Shown here in pieces: positions 10,106-23,200 of a stretch of DNA of 64,000 bases. The stretch comes from Haliotis rufescens. Lineage: Eukaryota. The translations under genes and the position numbers were made by a program. Within the stretch, counting starts at the first letter, position 1. Each line of letters begins with the position of its first letter. The stretch lies in contig NW_025963779.1 in the NCBI RefSeq assembly GCF_023055435.1, forward strand, positions 20,708,001 through 20,772,000, in the 5' to 3' direction. The notes under the pieces were generated by a model, which saw only the letters and a list, made by a program, of their open reading frames with translations, ran no database searches and had not been told where the DNA came from.

Positions 10106-11518
10106 TTTTTTAGATGTACTGTTGTTATACTTAAGGATAATTAGACTAATCATTTTAGTTTGTAGTATAAGGTACACACGAGACAGCTTCTAATACGTCC
10201 CTTAGAGAAATCTTTTCGTTTGCGTGCATGTCTTCATCTATTGCAAACATTTCGTATTTTCGAGTTCTCCAAAACCCAGGCGTCTATCAATATAAGTATT
10301 ACACAATAGTAGTTTGTTCGTGCCTATTCATTTTCGTGAATTAATGTAACAGCTATCAAGTTAGTGTTTATGTACATAGGCGTTTGAGGAGGTTCAACTG
10401 TCAGTAAAAGTTGGTTCTTCATAAACATGGTTAATCGCGACTACGAGACAAAGAGTTTGCGCTTCAGTAAAACCTCGTTAAATTGAACTTCACTTACTGG
10501 TTTAAGACGAAGTACCAATACAATCCTTATCCTTTTTTTGGTAAGAGCTCGGCACTACTCTTGTCCCGAACTTAGGATAACTTATGTTTTCGACGGTCCC
10601 CTTGAAATCGAGTCAAGGGGGTTCACTATGTACAGCATATGTAAATTATTTTGGGACACAGTACATACTTAAAATAATGATTTGATATTCCCTGGCCACA
10701 ATTTGACATCATTATTTTGACTTTGACATCATTATTTTGACGTCTTCTATTTTTATTCATATACCAGTGGCCATGGCTTGCCGTCGCTTTCATGCTTATG
10801 ATATATTAATCCTGCAGTGAAGTAAAACAGTTTGAAAGTCGGAGGTTTTATCGGTGTTGTACTTATAAAAAGTAGTATTTCGACTTTGTATATATCCATG
10901 CTGGTTTCATTATTATAATATTCAATGTTTACAAACATTTTCTCACTTTGGTGGTAGATGGTAGATGTTATTTTATTACCCTGTCTGCTATAGGCATTTG
11001 TCAGAGAGGTACTGGCTGTACGTGCATTCTGTCATTGTTAATTATTTACTGATATTTCGGCGGTTAATCAAGACTGAGTTGGTGTTCTCGATACATTTCA
11101 TTAAGAGATTCATATCTGTGCAAGTGACATTCGTAAAATTTGTTTATTTCAAATACGAATGTTATGTCAACGCCAGAAAATAACCAGTCTCGATTATCTG
11201 CCCAAACAGATTCCACTGGGCGTAAAAGGCAAGACAGTGGTAAACATTAAATGAACGGATCACTGAAAACTAGTAATGACATCGGGTGTTTGCGGTGTTC
11301 AAACACAATATTTAGAAGCTTTATGGCAGTTTTAATTAACTATTAATTACACTATTAATTTAACGTTATTACTTCAAGTTTTATTTTGATACAATTCGAA
11401 GTAAAATGCATACCCTTCCATTTAATGACTTACTGTACTTTATCATTTAAATCAATGTTATGGATCGACAATTTTGTGCCACTATAGCACATGTGATACT
11501 TCTGTGTACATAGAAGGC

Positions 11519-11682
11519 GGGGCGGTCGGGTAGCCTAGTGGTTAAAGCGTTCGCTCGTCGCGCCGAAGACCCAGGTTCGATTCCCGACATGGGTACAATG
11601 TGTGAAGCCCATTTCTGATCTCCCCCGCCGTGATATTACTGAAATATTGCTAAAAGCGGCGTAAAACCATACTCACTCACTC
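11519..11682 (+). mobile_element. SINE family A (tRNA-Asp-like head, ~165 bp, (ACTC)n tail)
   Basis: A box TAGCCTAGTGG, B box GGTTCGATTCC; TSD acatagaagg. Confidence 0.9.
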
Positions 11683-11988
11683 ACATAGAAGGTGTTCGTC
11701 CATGAAAGTATATGTACATGTACTAATACTGGAAAATATCAAGTTATACATTTTTGTGGTATTTCTGTCAATCTTGTTTTCATAAAAGGTGCAAACTTGT
11801 GGTATCTCGGCCCTTTTTGAAAATTTACTGTAGATGCATTAGACGTTATGGGATATATTGATTGCGGTATGACAGTGTTAAGTTTCTTTCGTCGATTAAA
11901 ATTGTAATATATATTGAGTTTAGCTGTTGTAACTAAAACTGAATGAATTAAGAAAAGAGGATTGTTTTCAGTCTCAAATGAAGTTCTT

Positions 11989-12051
11989 GACAACGGATCT
12001 CGTCGCTATGACAACGGATCACGTCGCTATGACAACGGATCACGTCGCTAT
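11989..12051. repeat. 21-bp tandem repeat x3
   Basis: gacaacggatcacgtcgctat repeated three times. Confidence 0.85.
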
Positions 12052-12268
12052 ATGGTTGAAATAATGCAATGCAACGTAAGATTCTAAATTCTAACTCACT
12101 GACAAAGGATGTGCAAAACTTTGTGCAATGGAAACCAACACTATGAAAGAATCGAATATTCTACCTGAAGTGGTTATAATGTAGGTTTTACATGCAGTTT
12201 GCACTACTGTTTACCTTGGCATTTGAGAAAAGACGAATACCCGCATTAAAGTGCATCATCAAGCATTC

Positions 12269-12536
12269 GACCCGTGAAGATCCGGGTGAGGATAGGTCTT
12301 TAGCAACCCATGCTTGCCGTAAAAGGCGACTATGCTTGTCGTAAGAGGCGACTAACGGGATCTGGTGGTCAGGCTCGCTGACTTGGTTGATGCATGTCAT
12401 CGATCCCAATTGCGTGGATCGATGCTCATGATGTCAATCACAGAATTTTTTGGTCCAGACTCGATTATTTACAGACCGCCGCCATATAGCTGGAATATTG
12501 CTGAGTGCGGCGTTAAACAACAAACAAACAAACAAA
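12269..12536 (+). mobile_element. SINE-like family C (non-tRNA structured head, (AAAC)n tail, ~270 bp)
   Basis: Starts gacccgtgaagatccggg; ends ggaatattgctgagtgcggcgttaaac(aaac)n. Confidence 0.85.
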
Positions 12537-13133
12537 ATCAGTCAGTTGTAACATTTCACTGAGCTCTGGAATATTTGACCCTGGTCTTTCAGCACATTAA
12601 TAAGATTGCGCACTAGCGTTGCGATTATGTTTGGCATAACAAATATAAGTGTATGTGACCAGCAGATGTGCACTGTTCAAATAGTAGCAGTGGGTTTATA
12701 GCTTACTTCAAAGCACTCGAACCTCTTGCAAATAAACATAAAAGTAACGACCAAAATAGCCTTCTTTACAAACTAGCCTTGGCATACCGCTACCGGTGCT
12801 CTACAACACATAATTTATCCAGTGTGTTCAATACCTCGAACATACTACAATGTTAATCCAGCCGGAGATAAAGTGATATGGGATACCGTCCTGACTAGCG
12901 ATCCAAACTCTTACCTGACAAGTACGACCTTGTGTATGCATTGCATATTATTTATGGCAAGCCAAGTTACGCACAGCAACAGCCCAATATAACAATGCCT
13001 CCTTTCATAACGCTGTGTATTTCTTCTGTTGATAATGTCATTGTGACATAGCATGTGCAACACCATAAAGGTGGTGAGTGATTGAGTTGTGCTTAACATT
13101 TCATTGGCAAGTATGTCCTTTCATCACGGCATG

Positions 13134-13470
13134 GACCGCCTCCGTGGTCTAGAGCGGAAGGTTCGGGGTTCGATCCCCAGCCGCGTCATACCAAAAGACG
13201 TTAAAAGATGGTACTTGTTGCTACCCTGTCTGGCGCTCGGCATAAAGGGGCTAAAACAAGGACTGGTCGGCTCGGAGTCAGTATACTGTGTCTGAGTGGG
13301 GTATTCATGTTAAAACTGCGGCATGGTATCTCAGTGAGCTAGCACTATAAATCGGCATCAGTCCGGACTAGTACAGGCAGCCACACAAACACACACACGT
13401 GCATGCACGTCGCTATATAAGTGCAATAATCTTGGACGCGACGTTAAACTCGATTTCACCTCACCTCACC
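13134..13470 (+). mobile_element. SINE family B (tRNA head plus V-SINE-like body, ~340 bp)
   Basis: Head GACCGCCTCCGTGGTCTAG..GGTTCGATCCCC; body ataccaaaagacgttaaaagatggtac..gagctagcactataaa resembles molluscan V-SINEs from memory; (TCACC)n tail; TSD catcacggcatg. Confidence 0.88.
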
Positions 13471-14247
13471 TCATCACGGCATGTCAATTTGATCTGTTAT
13501 TGAATGGACGTTTACCTCATTGGTACCACAGGGTATGATTCTGACAGACCAAATGTCACATTCAGGGCGAATGTGAAATTTAGCCCAAAAGTACTATTTG
13601 GTGATTATGTAAATAATGTTTCAGGTCGTTGTCAGTAATATTCCAGGCAGAACATAAGGTAGCTGAGTCTGATCAGGGGTTAATAGTTTGAGCAACGACC
13701 AAAGCCGTCTGTGAATGACAAAAGACAATCAGACAAATCACATGTGTTAAGCACATATCATCAGTTTAGTTCGTCTTGTCATTTAGTCTCAAGGGTAGTT
13801 TGATCAAGGTTACAACATTAAAGGCCTCAGCTAAAAAACGTTTTATGGCAGGCACGTGGACATTTCCAAATATGACCCATCAGAGATAGAATAATGTCTG
13901 ATACAATTACCTATTATGACGTGTACCATGTGTTCCTGTGCTTTTTCAAGTGAACAATTGACTTGCCTTTGCATGTGCATGCCACAAATATCACTGATAT
14001 TGGACTCCTGGATATTTCTTATGCTTGTGAACATGAGATTGTCGCTTACATTATAGGGTGCTGGGGATCTTCAATGCCACGGAATTGTCCTCATAGATAC
14101 TTGCGTACGAATGCTTAAACAGAGTAGAAACGCCTAGATGAAAACATTTAATGATACCAGTCTAACGGCATTTATTGACATCTGACGAATAGACTAAATT
14201 TCACAATATGATTTCAGTTGCTGGTTACATGACACGGTTATGAACAT

Positions 14248-17200
14248 GTGTCGCAACACATCCGTGCCCACACAGGATTATATAGAGTAGCCTCATCGTG
14301 TCGCATCATATCCGTGCCCACACAGGATTATATAGAGTAGCCTCATCGTGTCGCATCACATCCGTGCCCACACAGGATTATATAGAGTAGCCTCATCGTG
14401 TCGCATCACATCCGTGCCCACACAGGATTATATAGAGTAGCCTCATCGTGTCGCATCACATCCGTGCCCACACAGGATTATATAGAGTAGCCTCATCGTG
14501 TCGCATCACATCCGTGCCCACACAGGATTATATAGAGTAGCCTCATCGTGTCGCATCACATCCGTGCCCACACAGGATTATATAGAGTAGCCTCATCGTG
14601 TCGCATCACATCCGTGCCCACACAGGATTATATAGAGTAGCCTCATCGTGTCGCATCACATCCGTGCCCACACAGGATTATATAGAGTAGCCTCATCGTG
14701 TCGCATCACATCCGTGCCCACACAGGATTATATAGAGTAGCCTCATCGTGTCGCATCACATCCGCGCCCACACAGGATTATATAGAGTAGCCTCATCGTG
14801 TCGCATCACATCCGTGCCCACACAGGATTATATGGAGTAGCCTCATCGTGTCGCATCACATCCGTGCCCACACAGGATTGACTATATAGTTTAGCAACAT
14901 CATGTCGCATCACATCCGTGCCCACACAGGATTGACTATATAGTTTAGCAACATCATGTCGCATCACATCCGTGCCCACACAGGATTGACTATATAGTTT
15001 AGCAACATCATGTCGCATCACATCCGTGCCCACACAGGATTGACTATATAGAGTAGCCACATCATTTTGCAACATATCCGTGCCCACACAGGATTGACTA
15101 CATAGAGGAGCCTCATCGTGTCGCAACACATCCGTGCCCACACAGGATTATATAGCGTAGCCACATCATGTCGCATCACATCCGTGCCCACACAGGATTG
15201 ACTATATAGAGTAGCCACATCGTGTCGCATCACATCCGTGCCCACACAGGATTGACTATATGAGTAGCCACATCATGTCGCATCACATCCGCGCCCACAC
15301 AGGATTGACTACATAGAGGAGCCTCATCGTGTCGCATCACATCCGCGCCCACACAGGATTGACTACATAGAGGAGCCTCATCGTGTCGCATCACATCCGT
15401 GCCCACACAGGATTGATTATATGAGTAGCCACATCGTGTCGCATCACATCCGTGCCCACACAGGATTGACTACATAGAGTAGCAACATCGTGTCGCATCA
15501 CATCCGTGCCCACACAGGATTGACTATATAGAGTAGCCACATCGTGTCGCATCACATCCGCGCCCACACAGGATTGACTACATAGAGGAGCCTCATCGTG
15601 TCGCATCACATCCGTGCCCACACAGGATTGATTATATGAGTAGCCACATCGTGTCGCATCACATCCGTGCCCACACAGGATTGACTACATAGAGGAGCCT
15701 CATCGTGTCGCATCACATCCGTGCCCACACAGGATTGATTATATGAGTAGCCACATCGTGTCGCATCACATCCGTGCCCACACAGGATTGATTATATGAG
15801 TAGCCACATCGTGTCGCATCACATCCGTGCCCACACAGGATTGACTATATAGAGTAGCAACATCGTGTCGCATCACATCCGTGCCCACACAGGATTGACT
15901 ATATAGAGTAGCCACATCGTGTCGCATCACATCCGCGCCCACACAGGATTTACTATATAGTTTAGCCACATCGTGTCGCATCACATATGTGCCCACACAG
16001 GATTGACTATATAGTTTAGCAACATCATGTCGCATCACATCCGTGCCAACACAGGATTGACTATATAGAGTAGCCACATCGTGTCGCATCACATCCGTGC
16101 CCACACAGGATTGACTATATAGTGTAGCCACATCATGTCGCATCACATCCGTGCCCACACAGGATTGACTATATAGTTTAGCAACATCATGTCGCATCAC
16201 ATCCGTGCCAACACAGGATTGACTATATAGAGTAGCCTCATCGTGTCGCAACACATCCGTGCCCACACAGGATTGACTATATGAGTAGCCACATCGTGTC
16301 GCATCACATCCGTGCCCACATAGGATTATATAGAGTAGCAACATCGTGTCGCATCACATCCGTGCCCACACAGGATTGACTATATGAGTAGCCACATCGT
16401 GTCGCATCACATCCGTGCCCACACAGGATTGACTATATGAGTAGCCACATCGTGTCGCATCACATCCGTGCCCACACAGGATTGACTATATAGAGTAGCC
16501 TCATCGTGTCGCAACACATCCGTGCCCACACAGGATTGACTACATAGAGTAGCCTCATCGTGTCGCAACACATCCGTGCCCACACAGGATTGACTACATA
16601 GAGTAGCCACATCGTGTCGCATCACATCCGCGCCCACACAGGATTGACTATATAGAGTAGCCACATCGTGTCGCATCACATCCGTGCCCACACAGGATTG
16701 ACTATATGAGTAGCCACATCGTGTCGCATCACATCCGTGCCCACACAGGATTGACTATATAGAGTAGCCTCATCGTGTCGCATCACATCCGTGCCCACAC
16801 AGGATTGACTACATAGAGTAGCCTCATCGTGTCGCAACACATCCGTGCCCACACAGGATTTACTATATAGTTTAGCAACATCGTGTCGCATCACATCCGT
16901 GCCCACACAGGATTGACTATATGAGTAGCCACATCGTGTCGCATCACATCCGTGCCCACACAGGATTGACTATATGAGTAGCCACATCGTGTCGCATCAC
17001 ATCCGTGCCCACACAGGATTATATAGAGTAGCAACATCGTGTCGCATCACATCCGTGCCCACACAGGATTTACTATATAGTTTAGCAACATCGTGTCGCA
17101 TCACATCCGTGCCCACACAGGATTGACTATATGAGTAGCCACATCGTGTCGCAACACATCCGTGCCCACACAGGATTGACTATATGAGTAGCCACATCGT

Positions 17201-17345
17201 GTCGCATCACATCCGTGCCCACACAGGATTGACTACATAGAGGAGCCTCATCGTGTCGCAACATATCCGTGCCCACACAGGATTAAAAAGAGTAGCCTCA
17301 TCATATCGCAGCACATCCGTTGCAACACAGGAGTATATAGAGTAC
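14248..17345. repeat. 50-54 bp minisatellite (~3.1 kb)
   Basis: Unit catcgtgtcgcatcacatccgtgcccacacaggatt(gac)tatatagagtagc repeated throughout. Confidence 0.97.
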
Positions 17346-17530
17346 ACCTATATGTAGATGTTGCTAGGTACACGAAACACATTTGGTTGTTTCGTTCCCA
17401 AATGGCAAAAACACCGATACTGAAATCTATTATGTAATTACGTTGTGTGACTGATCCATGGATATAGTCAATCGACTACCATCTCAATTATTTCCTGCTT
17501 TTTCGCATCATATGACTTTGTACTTGCAAC

Positions 17531-18401
17531 CATCTGGAGGAGCTGACAGGGTTCATCTGGAGGAGCTGACAGGGTTCATCTGGAGGAGCTGGCGGGGTTT
17601 ATCTGGAGGAGCTGACGGGGTTCATCTGGAGGAGCTGACGGGGTTCATCTGGAGGAGCTGACAGGGTTCATCTGGAGGAGCTGGCGGGGTTCATCTGGAG
17701 GAGCTGACAGGGTTCATCTGGAGGAGCTGACGGGGTTTATCTGGAGGAGCTGGCGGGGTTCATCTGGAGGAGCTGACGGGGTTCATCTGGAGGAGCTGAC
17801 GGGGTTCATCTGGAGGAGCTGACGGGGTTCATCTGGAGGAGCTGACGGGGTTCATCTGGAGGAGCTGACAGGGTTCATCTGGAGGAGCTGACAGGGTTCA
17901 TCTGGAGGGGCTGACGGGGTTCATCTGGAGGGGCTGGCGGGGTTCATCTGGAGGAGCTGACAGGGTTCATCTGGAGGAGCTGACGGGGTTCATATGGAGG
18001 GGCTGACAGGGTTCATCTGGAGGAGCTGGCGGGGTTCATCTGGAGGGGCTGACAGGGTTCATCTGGAGGAGCTGACGGGGTTCATCTGGAGGAGCTGACG
18101 GGGTTTATCTGGAGGAGCTGACGGGGTTCATCTGGAGGAGCTGACAGGGTTCATCTGGAGGAGCTGACAGGGTTCATCTGGAGGGGCTGACAGGGTTCAT
18201 CTGGAGGGGCTGACAGGGTTCATCTGGAGGGGCTGACAGGGTTCATCTGGAGGAGCTGACGGGGTTCATCTGGAGGAGCTGACGGGGTTCATCTGGAGGA
18301 GCTGACGGGGTTTATCTGGAGGAGCTGACAGGGTTCATCTGGAGGAGCTGACGGGGTTCATCTGGAGGAGCTGACGGGGTTCATCTGGAGGAGCTGACAG
18401 G
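17531..18401. repeat. 23-bp GC-rich minisatellite
   Basis: Unit catctggaggagctgac(a/g)gggtt, about 38 copies. Confidence 0.97.
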
Positions 18402-19376
18402 ATTCTTACCAACTCTTCATCAGGTATCAGTGGTATATAAGGCATTTGGCAGAATGAGATCAATGTCATAAGTAGATATTTCAAAAAGAAAACTTTGACA
18501 TTCTTGATATTTAAATACAGGAGGAGTCATGTTTACCAGGTGTGTAGTTTTGTAAGTGAAACTCTGCTTCAGCACGACTGCATTCCTATTGAAAAGAATA
18601 ATAGACCATCCAAGATCAGCCTACTATTCTATATTAAGATCTATTCAACATCTATCTATTACCTACAACTTATTCGCGTTAATACGGTCGTATGAAGAGT
18701 ACCAAGAAAGACACTCACGTCTATCAACACGCCACAAAGAGCTTTTTATCACAGATACACCCCTGTATTAGTCAGTGACTTGATACAGGAAGTGACATGC
18801 CCCGTTATACCGCGTCCGCGTTAAAGACAGATATTTGTTATGCTTGGCCTAGCCTATTACTAGGTGACATTGACCTCCACAGCGACAGATTAAACATGGC
18901 CGCATAGCCCTTGCTGTATGACAACCACAAACCCGCTATACCGCAGCCTGTACGAGAGGATTATGGATTATGGAATGTCTGCTTGACAACGATCTAGATT
19001 CAGCTCAAACACTCTAACAAGGTAGGTTGTTTCACATGTTATCTTTCTGCACAAGGTGTCACATTATACACCATACACTACGTGTCCCAACAATAAGCGA
19101 ACTGATCAAATCTGTTCCTATCGGGTGACGAAGCAGATTTGTAGTGAAAAGCGCGAAGCTACAAACATTGAGCTCAGAGAGAGCAACTGTATTGACGTCC
19201 TTCTCGTCATCCGCAATGATTTGGTTGGTTGAGTGTCATTGCATGGATCGGTGCTCACACTATCAACCTCTAGTTTGCCTGTTCAAAATATCCTTGTATA
19301 GCAGATATCGTTCTCATGACATTGGTTGCATAACAGGAGAGGGTGAGCCGTGCTCATGATGCGAAACCTGTGACAG

Positions 19377-19662
19377 AGTGAGTGAGTGAGTGAGTTGGGT
19401 TTAACGCCGCTTTTAACAGTATTACAGTTATATCGCGGCGTGTCAGCTTAATGTGGGAGGAAAGCCCGAAGTGATGCAGGTCTCAGACGTTTACCACTTC
19501 GGTGAAACCCACGAGCACGGGTATGGTGCTGACAAACCTAGAAACATAATCGGGGCGAATCGGGATACGAACCCACAATCATAGGTTTCTGGCGTGTCCG
19601 AAGGGACGCAACTCTTCACAGCGAATCGCGGCGCCTTAGACGACTGGGCCCCCCGTGCCCCC
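19377..19662 (-). mobile_element. SINE family D (tRNA-Leu/Ser-like head, ~285 bp)
   Basis: A-box-like GGCCCAGTCGTCTAAGGCG, B box GGGTTCG(T/A)ATCCC, (ACTC)n tail; TSD acctgtgacaga. Confidence 0.87.
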
Positions 19663-19924
19663 ACCTGTGACAGAAATATCGGCTCTCTGAAGGAGGAAAT
19701 CCACTCATTCTGACCGGAATGTCGGTGAGAAACTCGAATGGTAATAACGTGTCACCTAATGGTCACCACTTGACATTACCATACACCATAGATGTTTTCA
19801 TTACCTCAACACCTGTGCTTAAATCACGCGTGTAGGTTATATGGAATTAATGGACAACTATAATATAACTGCAAGAAGTCCCTTCAACCTAAATCTATTA
19901 TCACACATCGTAAATATAAACTCT

Positions 19925-20092
19925 GAGTGTGTGAATGAGTGTGTTTTTACGCCGCTTTTAGCAATATTTCAGCAATATCACGGCGGGGGACACCTGAAAT
20001 GGGCTTCACACATTGTACCCATATCAGGAATCGAACCCGGGTCTTTGGCGTGACGAGGGAACGCTTTAACCACTGGGCTACCCGACCGCCCC
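19925..20092 (-). mobile_element. SINE family A
   Basis: Full-length reverse copy. Confidence 0.88.
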
Positions 20093-20097
20093 TATAA

Positions 20098-20235
20098 AAG
20101 CCAGAGAATAACTATAATATATAGTCCCGATTAGCCGCCGAAACAGATCCCAGTGGGTTTAAAAGGCAAAATAGTGGTGAAAATTATATGACTGGACCAT
20201 TGAAAATCAGTGATGACACCAGGTTTTCGAGAAAT
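20098..20235. repeat. Unclassified dispersed repeat
   Basis: Similar to 11170-11295 (same strand) and, inverted, to ~28270-28368, ~35295-35425 and ~42520-42650. Confidence 0.55.
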
Positions 20236-20265
20236 GCACTCAAATACAGTTCATTATTCTAGGAA

Positions 20266-23200
20266 ATGGCCGCGAGCATCAACACCTTAGCCGTGGGTGT
20301 GAAGGACAAGTCTACCCTGGCAAAAGAAATGTATAGCAGTGGAAACCTGAAGGGTGCTTTGGAACAGTTTAAGCTTGCTTTAAGGGATTCAAAACGTCTT
20401 ATAAGAAGGAAGAGGGAAAGTGTCGTTCTTTGTAAACTAAACCTGGCTTCAGCGCAGATCGGTAGTGAGATTGAAACCGAAAAGACAGAGGGAAGAAACA
20501 CTCTGGAGCGGTTACTTGAAGAGAACAAAGAGGACAACAGCTTGTTAGCATGTATTAACTTCAATCTAGCCCTCACATCGGCGGACAACTCGAGCAAGGA
20601 GACGTATCTGGAGACATGTCTGGAGAAGCTGAAGCATGTTGATGACAAGGATGACAAGATTAAAGGGGAGACTCGGCTTCTGAAGCAGAAGGTTCTTGAG
20701 GAAAGGCTTCGTCTAATAGATGTTATTGAGAAAGAGGAAAGGGATAAAGGGAATGTGTCGGAGGATAAACAAGAACATGATGACAAGAAACAGGAGTCTA
20801 TGAAACAATTAGTGGACGTATATAAAGGTATACTAGAGGGGGCGGAGACGGAGGAGGCTGAGACAGTCAACTGCAGCAAATGTGTGTCCTGTTTGCTTGC
20901 ACTGGCCAATATGACAGTAGCTCAAAATAAACATACTGCTCGAATATACGCTGACGATTGCCTAAGTATTTTAGACAAAGATTGGTCGCGTGTCCAAGGT
21001 AAGATGATCCTTCTTTTGACCATTCATCCATGTTGCTTGTTGTAGACATGAAAAACATATCTATTGTCAAGACGTAAAGTAACAGAAAGGTACCTATGTA
21101 ACAGTAGTGACACATCCTTGGACGCTTGTCGCGGTCGCAGATTTGCATGTCCGGCATTCAGGGACAGTGTACCGTTGTACAAAACAACCCTAGCGCTACG
21201 GCTATCGTAAACCTATATTGAGGTATGGGAATAACGATCAGCTTAGCGATAACATTGCTTTGTACAACGGCACCCAGGTGGTTAATCTACGGTATATAGG
21301 GGAGGGGGGAGGCATTGAAAAGTGGTATACTTCCCAGGCCCACCTGTTCTTCCGTGAACTATATTAAAAAAACAAGATAGTATGCATTGATGACATATGA
21401 AAACTTCTTTGATAAGGGCATTCATTCAAGACCTTAGTGAAGCTTTCAATTGTTACATCATAACTTTTTAAAATATATTTTCAGTTAAAAGTTAAGCAAC
21501 ATCGTGATATGAATTGTTTGATAGACATTTCTTCTGTTATCCTTAAATTGTCTACTTTCCCATCACGATATGGTATAACAATATACAATACATAGGTTAG
21601 ACATACCCGTCCAATAGTTTAACCTGTACGAGAATCAAATGTTATATTTGAGATAACACTTTCTTCAAAGTACTGATTCTCTTACTTGGGTCTCGTTCGG
21701 GACTCGAACCCATTCAGCCACCGAGGCTTCCACAAAAATGGAAGTCCGACAACTGGTAGTCTAGACCACGTACTTTGTGTACCCCTCTGACAAGTGTAAA
21801 TGGGCACGGCTCCCATGGCCGAAAGCTATGAATACATAATGCCATTTAGAAAGTGGTCAAATGTAACCAATTTTATATTTGGGATAACACTTTCTTAGTA
21901 AAGTACAGCTTCTCGTACTTGTTTGGGTTGAGTCCCGAACATTTGTTACATTTGACCATTTTCTAAATGGCATCGTGTATTCATGTACGAAAAATCCATT
22001 TCACATTGGTATCCTGGAGCAGAGATTGCTAATGGTAATGATATGGAGTTTGTAGCTTTAGTATATATATTGATATACTGATTTCGTTGATTTCATCACA
22101 GTCAACACGTGCAATGATTTGGCCGTACTCTTCACTGAGGTTGGAGAATACCGGAAAGCAAAGCTATGTTTCCGAAGCACACAGCAATGTCAAAACATCA
22201 AGGAACGCAGAGATCAAGAGGTTAAAAGTCACATGTTTCAAAACCTAGGAGCAGTGTGTGTTTTGGAACAAAACTATAAAGAGGCTACACAATACTTCAA
22301 AGATGCTTTGGATGTGTTAGGTACGCATACCCGGACGTGTTGAAAGAGATATAGTGTGAGTTAATATTTAACGTCACATCGGCAGTATTTCAGCCATATC
22401 GTGACGAGAAAGATATATAGATTTGGAAGCCATTAATCCATGCACCGCTTCTATCTTATCCATCTAAGTTGCACCTGTTCGAAACCCAGCTGCGCCCGAT
22501 ATGAACTGCGACCGAATGTCAGCCATATGTCAGTACCCCTAGGTTTCACCCAAGTGGTGAACCTTTACAAACTGCGCCAGTTTGGGCTTTCAAATGTAAA
22601 GAAAAGAGGCGAGCAGGAAATGGCGGGTGTGCATGTGCCCTCGTTTTGGTGTCGCGACGGTAACCCGTTCGTGACAAGATCAATAAATATTTGAACCTAC
22701 GGCCCTCATGTAATATCCCTCATATGTCACAGCAAATACTTAATCTTAGCTATGTAATCATGGCATACCGGGATATGAATACCCTTAAAACATATCAGTA
22801 CATCAGTACAACGTATTCTTCAAGAGACCGCCTCTGTGGTCTAATGGTAGAGCGTCCGCCCGGAGAGCGGAAGGTCCGGGGTTCGATCCCCAGCCGCGTC
22901 ATACCAAAAGACGTTAAAAGATGGTACTTGTCGCTATCCTGTCTGGCGCTCGGCATTAAGGGGCTAAAACAAGGACTGGTCGGTTCGGAGTCAGTATACT
23001 GTGTCTGAGTGGGGTATTCATGTTAAACTGCGGCATGGTATCTCAGTGTGCTAGCACTATAAATCGGCACCAGTCCGGACTAGTACAAGCAGCCACATAC
23101 ACATACAAGTGCAATAATCTTGGACGCGACGTTAAACCCCATTTTATCCCAACTCACCTTCTTCAAGATCTGTGTTATTTATCAGTTTGGCCGCCTCTAT

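Noticed and set aside
10464-10632. Old MITE-like remnants (cagtaaaacctcg...; also ~21165-21277 and ~63640-63732)
   Set aside because: Terminal inverted repeats are too decayed to define ends or TSDs confidently.
11519-11590. tRNA genes at SINE heads
   Set aside because: No closed acceptor stem; each continues into a SINE body and tail with TSDs.
13089-13295. Recurrent short ORFs (...KRWYLLL..LALGIKGLKQG..., MTCINQVSE...)
   Set aside because: They are translations of SINE families B and C, not genes.
14806-16906. Repetitive ORFs (SQSCVGTDVMRHDVATLY)n
   Set aside because: They arise from 54-bp minisatellite units; 50- and 53-bp units break the frame, so there is no frame conservation.
18400-18770. 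Possible Penelope-like RT remnant and hammerhead-like CTGATGA (minus strand ~18420; also ~23700)
   Set aside because: Too degenerate: I could not identify a complete hammerhead core (GAAA plus stems) or convincing RT motifs.
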